A DNA stretch of 64,000 nt from Candidatus Woesearchaeota archaeon (GTDB lineage Archaea; Nanobdellota; Nanobdellia; Woesearchaeales; UBA11576), in contig JABGYH010000007.1 of assembly GCA_018675335.1 (NCBI GenBank), positions 308,232 to 372,231 of the forward strand, given 5' to 3'. Position numbers and translations under genes: made by a program. Each line of letters opens with the position of its first letter. Positions within the stretch are counted from its first letter, which is position 1. Of this stretch, positions 1-8,250 are shown one piece after another. The notes beneath the pieces were generated by a model, which made no database searches, was not told the DNA's origin, and worked only from the letters and a program-made list of their open reading frames with translations.

Positions 1-2
1 GA

Positions 3-203
3 CGAGGATTTCAAAATGGACTCCCAATAGTGGGTGAAGCACACCAATACTCTCCAGAGGATTTAGCTCGTAGAATAGAACTTGATCCTGAGATTGCAAA
101 TCAATTTGGTATTGCGCGAGGCCTTAGCGGAAATGTTCTTGAACAATTTGTTGAAGAATTTCCAATCGGAAGATATTTCAAACACGAGAAAAAACAGACG
201 TGA
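3..203 (+). CDS. 3' end (C-terminus) of an unidentified protein; open frame 3 runs from the window edge to TGA at 201-203
   Basis: Uninterrupted frame from base 3 to stop at 201-203 (…GIARGLSGNVLEQFVEEFPIGRYFKHEKKQT*). No family recognised. Confidence 0.3.
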   Translation, partial: RGFQNGLPIVGEAHQYSPEDLARRIELDPEIANQFGIARGLSGNVLEQFVEEFPIGRYFKHEKKQT

Positions 204-299
204 ATACCTACTGTTGTGAGAATATCATTAAACTTACTCTAAAAACAAAAACATTTTTATAATCTAGTTTATAAAGTAGGTTTAGTGATAGATATAATT

Positions 300-1370
300 A
301 TGATTCTCAGTAATGAATATTTACGATTCGTATTAATTCTTACGCTTTTTTTTGGTCTTGCTTGGCTTGTCGACTGGATTTTAACAAAATATGTTCAAAA
401 ATATGTTGAAAGTACAAAAACAAGCATTGATGATTTAATTGTTGAAATAATTAGGGGACCCGTACATTTTTACATAATTGTTGGCGGAATATACTTAGCA
501 TTCAAATCACTAAGCGTGATTGGATCATATGCTAATTGGCTAAACAAAGGATTTATTGTCATTTCTATATGGGTCGGAGCCACAATCATTGCAAGTCTTG
601 TTGCAGCACTAATTGATTATTGGTTAGAATCCCATAAGCGGTTTAAAAAAACACCTCAACTACTTAATAAAATATTTACAATCACAATTTATTTTCTCGC
701 ACTAATCATAATACTAGGATACTTCAATGTTGAAATTACACCTCTCCTTGCAACACTAGGAGTTGGAGGTCTTGCAATCGGTCTTGCATTACAAAAAACA
801 TTATCCGATTTTTTTGCAGGACTAAACATAATCTCTGAACGACAAATAAATGTTGGAGATCATGTACAAATAGAAAACGAAAAAATCTCAGGATATATTG
901 ATGATATTGGTTGGAGATCAACAAAAATAAAATCATTAAGAAATAATATGATCATAGTTCCTAATTCTAGTCTATCAAACAGCATAGTTACAAATAACAA
1001 AATGCCACACGATGAAATGTCAATTATCATTAAATGTGGAGTTGCATATAGCTCAAATTTAAATCAAGTTGAAAAAATAACTCTTGATGTTGCAAAAAAA
1101 ATACAGAAAAAAATTGAAGGTGCAAAAAAAGAATTTGAACCTTTAGTTAGATTTCACACATTTGGAGAGTCAAACATTGAATTTAGCATAATTTTACGTG
1201 TTGAACATTTTGTTGACCAATACAGAGTTAAACATGAATTTATCAAAGCATTAAAAGACCGATATGACCAAGAAAACATAGAAATTAGTTGGCCTGTAAG
1301 AAAAATTTATTATGATAATCAGGTAGCAAATAAATTAAAATTGCAAACTAAACCTGTTCGAAAGAAATAA
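300..1370 (+). CDS. MscS-family small-conductance mechanosensitive channel
   Basis: N-terminal TM helices followed by the MscS beta-domain signature (GLALQKTLSDFFAGLNIISERQINVGDHVQI…GYIDDIGWRSTKIKSLRNNMIIVPNSSLSNSIVTN). The ORF track starts at GTG 285; the first ATG is at 300. Confidence 0.75.
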   Translation: MILSNEYLRFVLILTLFFGLAWLVDWILTKYVQKYVESTKTSIDDLIVEIIRGPVHFYIIVGGIYLAFKSLSVIGSYANWLNKGFIVISIWVGATIIASLVAALIDYWLESHKRFKKTPQLLNKIFTITIYFLALIIILGYFNVEITPLLATLGVGGLAIGLALQKTLSDFFAGLNIISERQINVGDHVQIENEKISGYIDDIGWRSTKIKSLRNNMIIVPNSSLSNSIVTNNKMPHDEMSIIIKCGVAYSSNLNQVEKITLDVAKKIQKKIEGAKKEFEPLVRFHTFGESNIEFSIILRVEHFVDQYRVKHEFIKALKDRYDQENIEISWPVRKIYYDNQVANKLKLQTKPVRKK

Positions 1371-1375
1371 AATAA

Positions 1376-1531
1376 TTACTTAATCTCGCCAATCATATGT
1401 TCTCTAACTATAAACGTTCTTCCGCAATAAACACAACGTTTTTTTTTATCGCTCAGAATTCTAGATGTAGTATGATATTTCATATTATTTTTACACGCAG
1501 GGCATTGAAGTAAAAAGAAAAATTTTTCCAT
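1376..1531 (-). CDS. Small Zn-ribbon protein (51 aa, CPxC…CxxC), missing from the ORF track
   Basis: Reverse-strand ORF MEKFFFLLQCPACKNNMKYHTTSRILSDKKKRCVYCGRTFIVREHMIGEIK* lies immediately downstream (3 nt) of the scpB-like gene. It has two Cys pairs typical of archaeal Zn-ribbons. Confidence 0.4.
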   Translation of the reverse strand: MEKFFFLLQCPACKNNMKYHTTSRILSDKKKRCVYCGRTFIVREHMIGEIK

Positions 1532-1533
1532 TT

Positions 1534-2880
1534 TTAATTAGAATCGTGTTTAATAGGCATTGCATCTTCAGGAACACTCATCCCTTCAGAAGAAGAATCG
1601 TTTTTATTAGATTCGGATTTTTCAGTATTTTCTGACTCACTATTTTTTGACTCTTTTTTTTGAGAATCATTTTCGCCATCATTTTGATTCGAATTAGTTT
1701 GTGCAGGATCTTGTGCTAGTTCTTGTTCTGGACGTTCAGTTGCCTTAACACTTTCTCCCTCGATAAAATCTTCAAGTTCCGGATGAAGATTTCGATCCTC
1801 AAAAATATCATCTTTAACAACAACATCTTTTTTAACTGGTAAATCTTTATGAGTTTCTAGTAGTTGATCTGCAAGTTCTTTTGCGTGATCTGAATTATTT
1901 TTTTCTAAATCCTCTTCGAGTAATTTTGCTGATCCATCAACTTCAGAGTTAGACTTATCTGATTCGAAACCATTATTTGAGTTAGAATCAGCTTCATTTC
2001 CAGACGTAGATTCGCCCCCTGCTACTTCAACAGACTCAGCCTCTTGGTTTTCAGATTGTGAAGGAATAGGTACAACATCCAAATCTCCAATTTTTTCAGC
2101 AGGTTCTTGTGCTTTATTTTTGCCAGAATCATCATCAGAAATTATTTGTACTTTTTCTAAAGGAACTGCAGAGTCATATGTTTCAAGAGATCCAACTTTT
2201 TCACCCTCTACGTTATCTTTTTTTGTTGTGTCACCCAATTTATCTAGATTCGCATCTTGATTTTTGGTGTCAATTATTTTTTCTGGATCTTGTGGAAGTG
2301 CTAATTGAGCTTGAGATGAACCATCAAGTTTATTCTCGTAATCTTCCACTTTCTTTTGTGGAAGGACATTTTTTAAATCTGCAAAATCTTTGAATACTTC
2401 TTTAATTGCTTTTTTATGAGGTAGATCGAAATAATCCAAAAACTTTTGAGTGGTTTTGAGAAGATAAGATCTCCCTTGACGTTCTTTAGACAGAAATCCT
2501 TGCTCAACTAAATCTTTAATATGTTCATATGCTTTATTAGATCTAATATTTACTACTTCTGCTTGCAAAATTGGTTGTTTCCACGCAACAATTGCTAATG
2601 TTTCAAGAATTGCTTTAGACATTTCAGTGTGAGGATTAATACTATGAACAATTCCCAAATATTTTTCGCGAACTATTAATTTCCAACCATCTCCCTCTTC
2701 TATAAGACTTATAGGTGAATTTCGAGTTTTATAATCTGATTTGATGTCATTTACGGTTTCTTTTACTAATCCGTCTTCTTTAATGTCTAATAAAAGTTTA
2801 ATTTCAGTTAAAGTAATTACTCTACCACTAGAAAAAAGAATTGCTTCAATTTCATTTTTTAATTCTGAAAATTCAGCCAT
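1534..2880 (-). CDS. scpB: Segregation and condensation protein B (ScpB)-like, with a long acidic C-terminal tail
   Basis: N-terminus EIEAILFSSGRVITLTEI…; two winged-helix-like halves (…LAIVAWKQPILQAEVVNIRS…EQGFL), then a roughly 250-aa D/E/S/N-rich low-complexity tail. Confidence 0.65.
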   Translation of the reverse strand: MAEFSELKNEIEAILFSSGRVITLTEIKLLLDIKEDGLVKETVNDIKSDYKTRNSPISLIEEGDGWKLIVREKYLGIVHSINPHTEMSKAILETLAIVAWKQPILQAEVVNIRSNKAYEHIKDLVEQGFLSKERQGRSYLLKTTQKFLDYFDLPHKKAIKEVFKDFADLKNVLPQKKVEDYENKLDGSSQAQLALPQDPEKIIDTKNQDANLDKLGDTTKKDNVEGEKVGSLETYDSAVPLEKVQIISDDDSGKNKAQEPAEKIGDLDVVPIPSQSENQEAESVEVAGGESTSGNEADSNSNNGFESDKSNSEVDGSAKLLEEDLEKNNSDHAKELADQLLETHKDLPVKKDVVVKDDIFEDRNLHPELEDFIEGESVKATERPEQELAQDPAQTNSNQNDGENDSQKKESKNSESENTEKSESNKNDSSSEGMSVPEDAMPIKHDSN

Positions 2881-2940
2881 TTAAATTATCCACCTCGTTT
2901 GAAAACCAAAATAAAATATAATAATGTACAATAAAATATA

Positions 2941-3012
2941 ATCCAATAATTGGTTATTTAAATCAATAATTGTTTATTTAAATCAATAATTGTTTATTTA
3001 AATCAATAATTC
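2941..3012. repeat. 20-bp tandem repeat (aatcaataattgtttattta) x ~3.5 in the scpB upstream intergenic region
   Basis: Direct reading: four consecutive 20-mers at 2941, 2961, 2981 and 3001 (first and last degenerate). Confidence 0.8.
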
Positions 3013-3189
3013 CATAATAATCCAACAATAACCCAATATTTTGAACTATTAAAACATTTGAAAAAAATAAACTAATATGAGTATATAAATATTATTTATC
3101 TAAAGCTCAATTTAATAAGTATTTTATAATTTGATTGAAACTTATTTTAAAATTAATAACTGCAATCATATTGTTACTTCTTACCTAAC

Positions 3190-3870
3190 TTACTTCTTAC
3201 CTAATTTAAGCATTGAAGAGTAAACATCTCCCTTTTTTTCAATAACTTTCTCTTTTACTAATTGACCTAAAAAGTTTTCAATTTTATCTGCCGGAATACC
3301 CACATTTTTAGAAATTTGTTCAAGAGATAACTCTTTGTTTTGAAGTGAAAAAACAATAAAATTTCGAACTAAATTAATACTGTTTTTATCCATAAGTTTA
3401 ACGTGCGCAGACATTTCTTTTACTCTCATATCTGCAAAGTGAAGTCTTGCTATAAGATCTAACATTAAATCTGACAAATCTTTTGCACCAATCATTGATT
3501 CTGTTGGTTCTAAAACATCAATAGACGATGGAGTGAAATCAAAAACAAAACTTAACAAATCTTTAGGAGATTTAACCCAGAATTCTACTTCCGCAAATGC
3601 AGTCAACAATTTCTCATTATCTTTAACAGGTGTTGCTTCAAACGATTCTTCAAATGTCACTTCTAAATATTTTTCTTCATTAACTTTATCTAGAACTCCA
3701 TCCAATGTTTTCTCAACATATTCTTTAGGCGCACCTAAAACCTCAATTAAAGCTTTTACCAATAACTCGCCTTTAGCCATCCTTTCTTTAGGAGACATAA
3801 CTGGAGCTTCTTCCTCTTCTACTGCTTCAGATTTATTTTTTTTACGCTTAGTTGATTCTTTAATTGCCAT
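3190..3870 (-). CDS. Hypothetical protein with C-terminal winged-helix; possible kleisin (ScpA-like) partner encoded upstream of scpB
   Basis: C-terminal wHTH-like segment (ELSLEQISKNVGIPADKIENFLGQLVKEKVIEKK). The position immediately upstream of scpB on the same strand mirrors bacterial scpA-scpB order. Sequence similarity to ScpA is weak. Confidence 0.3.
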   Translation of the reverse strand: MAIKESTKRKKNKSEAVEEEEAPVMSPKERMAKGELLVKALIEVLGAPKEYVEKTLDGVLDKVNEEKYLEVTFEESFEATPVKDNEKLLTAFAEVEFWVKSPKDLLSFVFDFTPSSIDVLEPTESMIGAKDLSDLMLDLIARLHFADMRVKEMSAHVKLMDKNSINLVRNFIVFSLQNKELSLEQISKNVGIPADKIENFLGQLVKEKVIEKKGDVYSSMLKLGKK

Positions 3871-3987
3871 ACTTTAATCAAAAAAGATACTGACTTATAT
3901 ATCTTTCTGAAAATAAAAACCCCTCAATACTGTGCTTAGAAGATCTGTACCTGCGAAATTGAATAAAATTTAAAAAAAATGAATCTA

Positions 3988-5217
3988 TTAAAGTTTTTTG
4001 AAAATGAGTAAAACTAAAAGAACTGCAAATAATAAAATGAATATAAAAACTAGAAGAGATCTTGCTTTGGCAGAACTTGATCTATAACTGTCAGATGAGT
4101 TCATTTTTGAAAAATTTGCAGGAAATTTTGATTTAAAATCAATAATATGTTGATCTAAATTTAACGAATTATTTAATTTATTTAACGAATTATTTGTTGG
4201 AATTACAATTAACTCTTTAGTTAACAAATAAGGTGTTTTTCTATTTGATGAATTAATAACAATTCTTAACTTAAACATTCCGGCTTTTATAACTGAATTA
4301 TTAAGAGTAAAAGATACATTTGAAAATTTAGGCAAAATTAAATCTTTACGATTATCTGTTTTTTTACCTTGCGAATAATGTTTGCTACTTTTAAAAACAT
4401 AAGAATATACGGAAAATATCAAATCCTCATCTCGAAAATTTTGAGCAGAAATATTAATTGTAAATGACTGATTGACAAATACTTTTGATGGTGCTGAAAT
4501 AATTGAAAAGTTCAAATTAGTTGATTTTGTGTTTGTTTTTTTAGGAGAGGGTATTGATTTTTGTGTTGAAGTGATCGATTGAGAGTTAATTGATTGATTT
4601 ATGAACTGAGCATTACAATCCCCGTTAGCACTCCCCTCATCATAGACCTCACATTCCTCAGAATTATTCAAATCACATTCTTTTAAGACATCTAACTCTG
4701 CTAACTCCAATTTCACGTCGAGATCAAACCCCGTAATTCGTAAAAAAACTGATTGATTTTTAGCAAGACAACTTAAATAAAAAGGAAAATTAATAGTTTT
4801 GGAATGATTTGAAAATTTATTTTGAAATTTTTCTTTTTTTGTAGGAGTTAATTTTTTTAGTTTCGAATCTAACAAATCAAAATACAATGTAGTCTTTCTA
4901 GAATCTAATTTAACAAACAAGTAATCAACCAATAACTCATTCGCATTAGTGTTTTTTGAAATATTAATAATATTTATTCGTGCTTGATCATTTTCCCCAG
5001 AAAATAACACTTTTTGTGGAATTTGATATATATTTTGAGACGAATCACCCATATTGCTTTCACCCACTAATAATTTTAGACTAATTTCATTTTCAGGATT
5101 GTTAATTTGATATTTGGCGATGTTAATTATTGAAGCAGTATCGCCACCAGAGAATATTATAACCACGATTAACAAAAATATTTTTAAACACAATTTTAAA
5201 AAAATATTAGTCTGCAT
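3988..5217 (-). CDS. Secreted, membrane-anchored surface protein (N-terminal signal or TM, N/S/T-rich, C-terminal TM anchor)
   Basis: Hydrophobic N-terminus (IFLLIVVIIFSGG), many N-x-S/T sequons, C-terminal TM (LLVFIFILLFAVLLVLLIF) followed by KKL. Confidence 0.5.
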   Translation of the reverse strand: MQTNIFLKLCLKIFLLIVVIIFSGGDTASIINIAKYQINNPENEISLKLLVGESNMGDSSQNIYQIPQKVLFSGENDQARINIINISKNTNANELLVDYLFVKLDSRKTTLYFDLLDSKLKKLTPTKKEKFQNKFSNHSKTINFPFYLSCLAKNQSVFLRITGFDLDVKLELAELDVLKECDLNNSEECEVYDEGSANGDCNAQFINQSINSQSITSTQKSIPSPKKTNTKSTNLNFSIISAPSKVFVNQSFTINISAQNFRDEDLIFSVYSYVFKSSKHYSQGKKTDNRKDLILPKFSNVSFTLNNSVIKAGMFKLRIVINSSNRKTPYLLTKELIVIPTNNSLNKLNNSLNLDQHIIDFKSKFPANFSKMNSSDSYRSSSAKARSLLVFIFILLFAVLLVLLIFKKL

Positions 5218-5406
5218 GTGTTACTAGCGAAGAAATTATTTAATTAATTTTTACTGGAAAAAACCGTAAAAAGAATTAACTTAGTCGGAAAAACTAATTT
5301 TATTGCTACTTCAAAGTTTGTTACCATTATAGAATACTCGATAAAGTTTTAATACTAAGCAAGGATAAAGTATTTAAACGTAACTATATGTTGTCGTGGG
5401 GGTAAC

Positions 5407-6288
5407 ATGTCTTTTTTGGAATCAATTAAAAATAAATCTAACAATGGAGAACCTGAATTAGATTTGCCACCATTACCAACAGAAGATGAATTTAATTCTC
5501 AAGATTTTTCCCAAGAACTTAATCAGTTCCCACAAGACAATATGAATCCAACTAACACTCAACAAACAACAGTACCCGAGTTAGATAATCAAGGACTTCC
5601 TCCATTACCTCAACAAGTTCAATTTCCCACTCAACCTAATGCAGGACATGATATGAGCACAATTCCACCACTAGACTTAGGTAATAAAAAATTTCCCATC
5701 CCCCCTCCAAACGAAAATTCACTTCCAAAATTACCACCAATTAATCCTATGAACGCGTCCTCTGCAGTCGCACCCCAACCAATACAACAATATCCGCAAC
5801 CAGGACAGATTGGAAATTCTCCTGTTGAAAATACTAACAATTACCCACCTACACAACCTATGCCACAACCAAACTCACAAAATCAAGTCACTCAAATTCC
5901 CGAAGTTCCCGATCTCGACGATCTTCCAGAACCAGTTTCACAGTCAACACGTCAAGAAAATTCACAAACCAACTTTAACTCTAATTCGCAAATTCCAAAA
6001 TCAGTACCTTCTCTTGAAGGATTTCCAAACATATACGAAGAAATTAATCAAATGCCACAGTCACAAAGAATGGCATCAGGACCAGTTTTTGTTTTACTTG
6101 ACGATTATCGAAACATACTAGATAATTTTAATCAAATCAAAATTAAATTTAAAGAAGAAGAAACAAAATTTACTGCAATCAATAATATCAAAATTAAAAA
6201 AGAAATAAAACTCGAAGCATTTAGAGAAACCATCGAGGACATACAGCGAAAATTATTATTTATAGATAAAGTCCTATTTGAAGGATAA
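5407..6288 (+). CDS. Pro/Gln/Asn-rich low-complexity protein with a C-terminal coiled-coil module (PVFVLLDDYRNILDN…)
   Basis: About 200 aa of P/Q/N-rich disordered sequence followed by a charged helical C-terminus. The C-terminal module is paralogous to the next two genes. Confidence 0.5.
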   Translation: MSFLESIKNKSNNGEPELDLPPLPTEDEFNSQDFSQELNQFPQDNMNPTNTQQTTVPELDNQGLPPLPQQVQFPTQPNAGHDMSTIPPLDLGNKKFPIPPPNENSLPKLPPINPMNASSAVAPQPIQQYPQPGQIGNSPVENTNNYPPTQPMPQPNSQNQVTQIPEVPDLDDLPEPVSQSTRQENSQTNFNSNSQIPKSVPSLEGFPNIYEEINQMPQSQRMASGPVFVLLDDYRNILDNFNQIKIKFKEEETKFTAINNIKIKKEIKLEAFRETIEDIQRKLLFIDKVLFEG

Positions 6289-6298
6289 AGAGGTAAAA

Positions 6299-6529
6299 AT
6301 GGAACGAAGTGCACCAGTATTTGTAAAAATAGATGAATACAAAGACGTCTTAGACATAATTGATTTAGTTAAAAATAAAATCGGTGAAGCAAAACATCTT
6401 ATCAACCAAATCAATGAAATAAAAAATCAAGAAGATACTGAACTTGAAATGTGGTATAATGAAATTAATGACATTGAAAGAAAAGTAGACTATGTGGATA
6501 AAACACTAGTTAAACCTGAAAATACATAA
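6299..6529 (+). CDS. Small coiled-coil protein (PVFVKIDEYKDVLDIIDLV… module)
   Basis: ATG at 6299 is preceded by a GAGGT SD-like motif. Shares the PVFV(K/L)(I/L)D(E/D)Y(K/R)(D/N)(V/I)LD module with the C-terminus of the upstream gene. The track start at 6278 overlaps the upstream gene. Confidence 0.5.
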   Translation: MERSAPVFVKIDEYKDVLDIIDLVKNKIGEAKHLINQINEIKNQEDTELEMWYNEINDIERKVDYVDKTLVKPENT

Positions 6530-6531
6530 AA

Positions 6532-6873
6532 ATGGCAGAAGGAGAATTTTTTGTACAAATACCTGACGGCACAGAAGTGCGACGAATCTTACTTGAAGAT
6601 AGCAAACAAATAATTCAAATTCTACAAAGATACGAACAATTTAAAGCACATAGAATCCACAAACAAGAACTCATTAGCAAACTCCGCGATATAAATCAAT
6701 CAATTCAAGTTTTATTACAAAAATTAGAAGAAGAAATGCCAAAAACAAATATGCGTGTAAAATTAACCAAACGAAAAAAAGAACCAATTAGAAGTCAAAA
6801 AACAAAAGAATTACAACAATTAGAACAATCACTTGCAGACATAGAACGAAAGATCTCATCTGTACGAAAATAA
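6532..6873 (+). CDS. Small coiled-coil protein, probable third paralogue (EFFVQIPDGTEVRRILLEDSKQIIQIL…)
   Basis: Starts 3 nt after the previous stop; heptad-like charged helical sequence; loosely shares the N-terminal module. Confidence 0.45.
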   Translation: MAEGEFFVQIPDGTEVRRILLEDSKQIIQILQRYEQFKAHRIHKQELISKLRDINQSIQVLLQKLEEEMPKTNMRVKLTKRKKEPIRSQKTKELQQLEQSLADIERKISSVRK

Positions 6874-6957
6874 AAACTAATTCTCTCATAAAACTAGTTA
6901 TTAAGTTAATAAATATAATCAGTTAGCTTTTTAAATCGTTACTCGTTTACAAGAAAA

Positions 6958-8001
6958 ATGACAAAAGTAACTTGTGTTAGCGTTGTATTACAAAAAGCTG
7001 AAGATGTAAAGAATTTTTTACTTGAAAAAAATCTATTTAATAAAGATTATTCTTTCAAAAAATATGAAAATAGAATTTGCTTCCCAATAATTCAATCAAA
7101 AGAAAGCAACCAAATGATTCTAGACAAGTTCGATTTTGTAACATTTGAAGAACTAGAATTACAAGAAACTAGATATCCTCAAAATTTAAAAGACTCACTA
7201 AAAGAAAAATTAACAAAAGAAGAATTAGGTTTTTTAAAAACTTCATACGATGTTGTTGGAACAATTGCAATACTTGAAATTGATGCACCACTTGATAAAA
7301 AAGAAAAAATTATTGCAGATGAAATTCTTAAAACAAACAAAAACATAAAAACAGTAGTAAAAAAGGCAGATAAACACGACGGAGAATTTAGAACTCAAAA
7401 AATGACCTACATTGCCGGCGAAGAAACACTCGAAACATCATATCAAGAACATAATGTGCGACTAAAACTAAATGTTGAAGAAGTATATTTTTCACCAAGA
7501 CTCTCAACTGAACGAAAAAGAATATATGAAAAGATTACGAAGGGAGAAGATGTTTTAGTTATGTTTAGTGGTTGTGCACCTTATCCTTGCGTTCTTTCAA
7601 AAAATAGTTCTGCTGCCAATATTTTAGGAGTTGAAATAAATCCAGTAGGACACAAATATGGAATTGAAAATATTAAATTAAACAAACTAACCAATGTTAA
7701 ATTAATTAATGGCGATGTACGCGAAATTGTTCCAAAGCTAGAAGAAAAATTTGATCGAATACTTATGCCACTACCAAAAACTGCAGAAGAATTTTTAGAT
7801 ACAGCACTTTGCGTTGCAAAAAAAGGAACAATAGTTCACTTATACGCCTTTTTACATGAAGACAATTTTAAAGAAGCACACGATGCAATAGACATTGCCT
7901 GCAAGAATAAAGGATTTAAGTATAAACTACTTGAGACAGTCAAATGCGGGCAACACGCGCCAAGAGTATATAGAATCTGTGTTGATTTTGAGATACTTTA
8001 A
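6958..8001 (+). CDS. tRNA (guanine37-N1)-methyltransferase Trm5/Taw2 family (class I SAM MTase)
   Basis: Motifs FSPRLSTERKRI, VLVMFSGCAPYPCVL, GVEINPVGHKYGIENIKLNKL and FDRILMPLP are typical of Trm5/Taw2. Confidence 0.6.
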   Translation: MTKVTCVSVVLQKAEDVKNFLLEKNLFNKDYSFKKYENRICFPIIQSKESNQMILDKFDFVTFEELELQETRYPQNLKDSLKEKLTKEELGFLKTSYDVVGTIAILEIDAPLDKKEKIIADEILKTNKNIKTVVKKADKHDGEFRTQKMTYIAGEETLETSYQEHNVRLKLNVEEVYFSPRLSTERKRIYEKITKGEDVLVMFSGCAPYPCVLSKNSSAANILGVEINPVGHKYGIENIKLNKLTNVKLINGDVREIVPKLEEKFDRILMPLPKTAEEFLDTALCVAKKGTIVHLYAFLHEDNFKEAHDAIDIACKNKGFKYKLLETVKCGQHAPRVYRICVDFEIL

Positions 8002-8250
8002 ACTTTAGAACTCATTTAAAAGAATTTCTGGAAAGCTTTTTATAATGCCCTGAGTTATTCAATAATTAAGTAGTGTAAACCTGCGATGATTTAGTGAACA
8101 CCAGCTGAGCCTTGCGGCGATGATGGACGGTAGTAACTTAAGAGCGGGGCACAAATACTTTACAAAAATAGAAATTACTCAACAAACAAATTCTAACCGA
8201 AAAAAATATGTTAAAACTCAAAAAAAAATCTTACGCTAAAGAAAAAATAA

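Noticed and set aside
736-936. Antisense 66-aa ORF inside the MscS gene
   Set aside because: Fully embedded in a well-supported CDS on the opposite strand; low-complexity translation; typical AT-rich spurious ORF.
2109-2393. 94-aa ORF antisense to the scpB-like gene
   Set aside because: Embedded antisense ORF with no features; the sense-strand gene has clear ScpB motifs.
2941-3012. 20-bp tandem repeat as CRISPR or mobile-element terminus
   Set aside because: Pure head-to-tail tandem copies without spacers; no transposase or integrase nearby.
3533-3877. 114-aa ORF antisense to 3190-3870
   Set aside because: Ser/Thr/Asn low-complexity translation mirroring the acidic sense strand; likely spurious.
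5631-6314. Several short ORFs (5631-5840-, 5810-6121+, 6132-6314-) overlapping the P/Q-rich gene
   Set aside because: Overlap a longer coherent ORF in alternative frames or strands; compositionally driven.
8040-8160. Calling the GC-rich island a definite C/D-box sRNA
   Set aside because: C boxes deviate from RUGAUGA (GCGAUGA) and no 3' D box (CUGA) precedes the terminal stem. Kept only as a candidate ncRNA.
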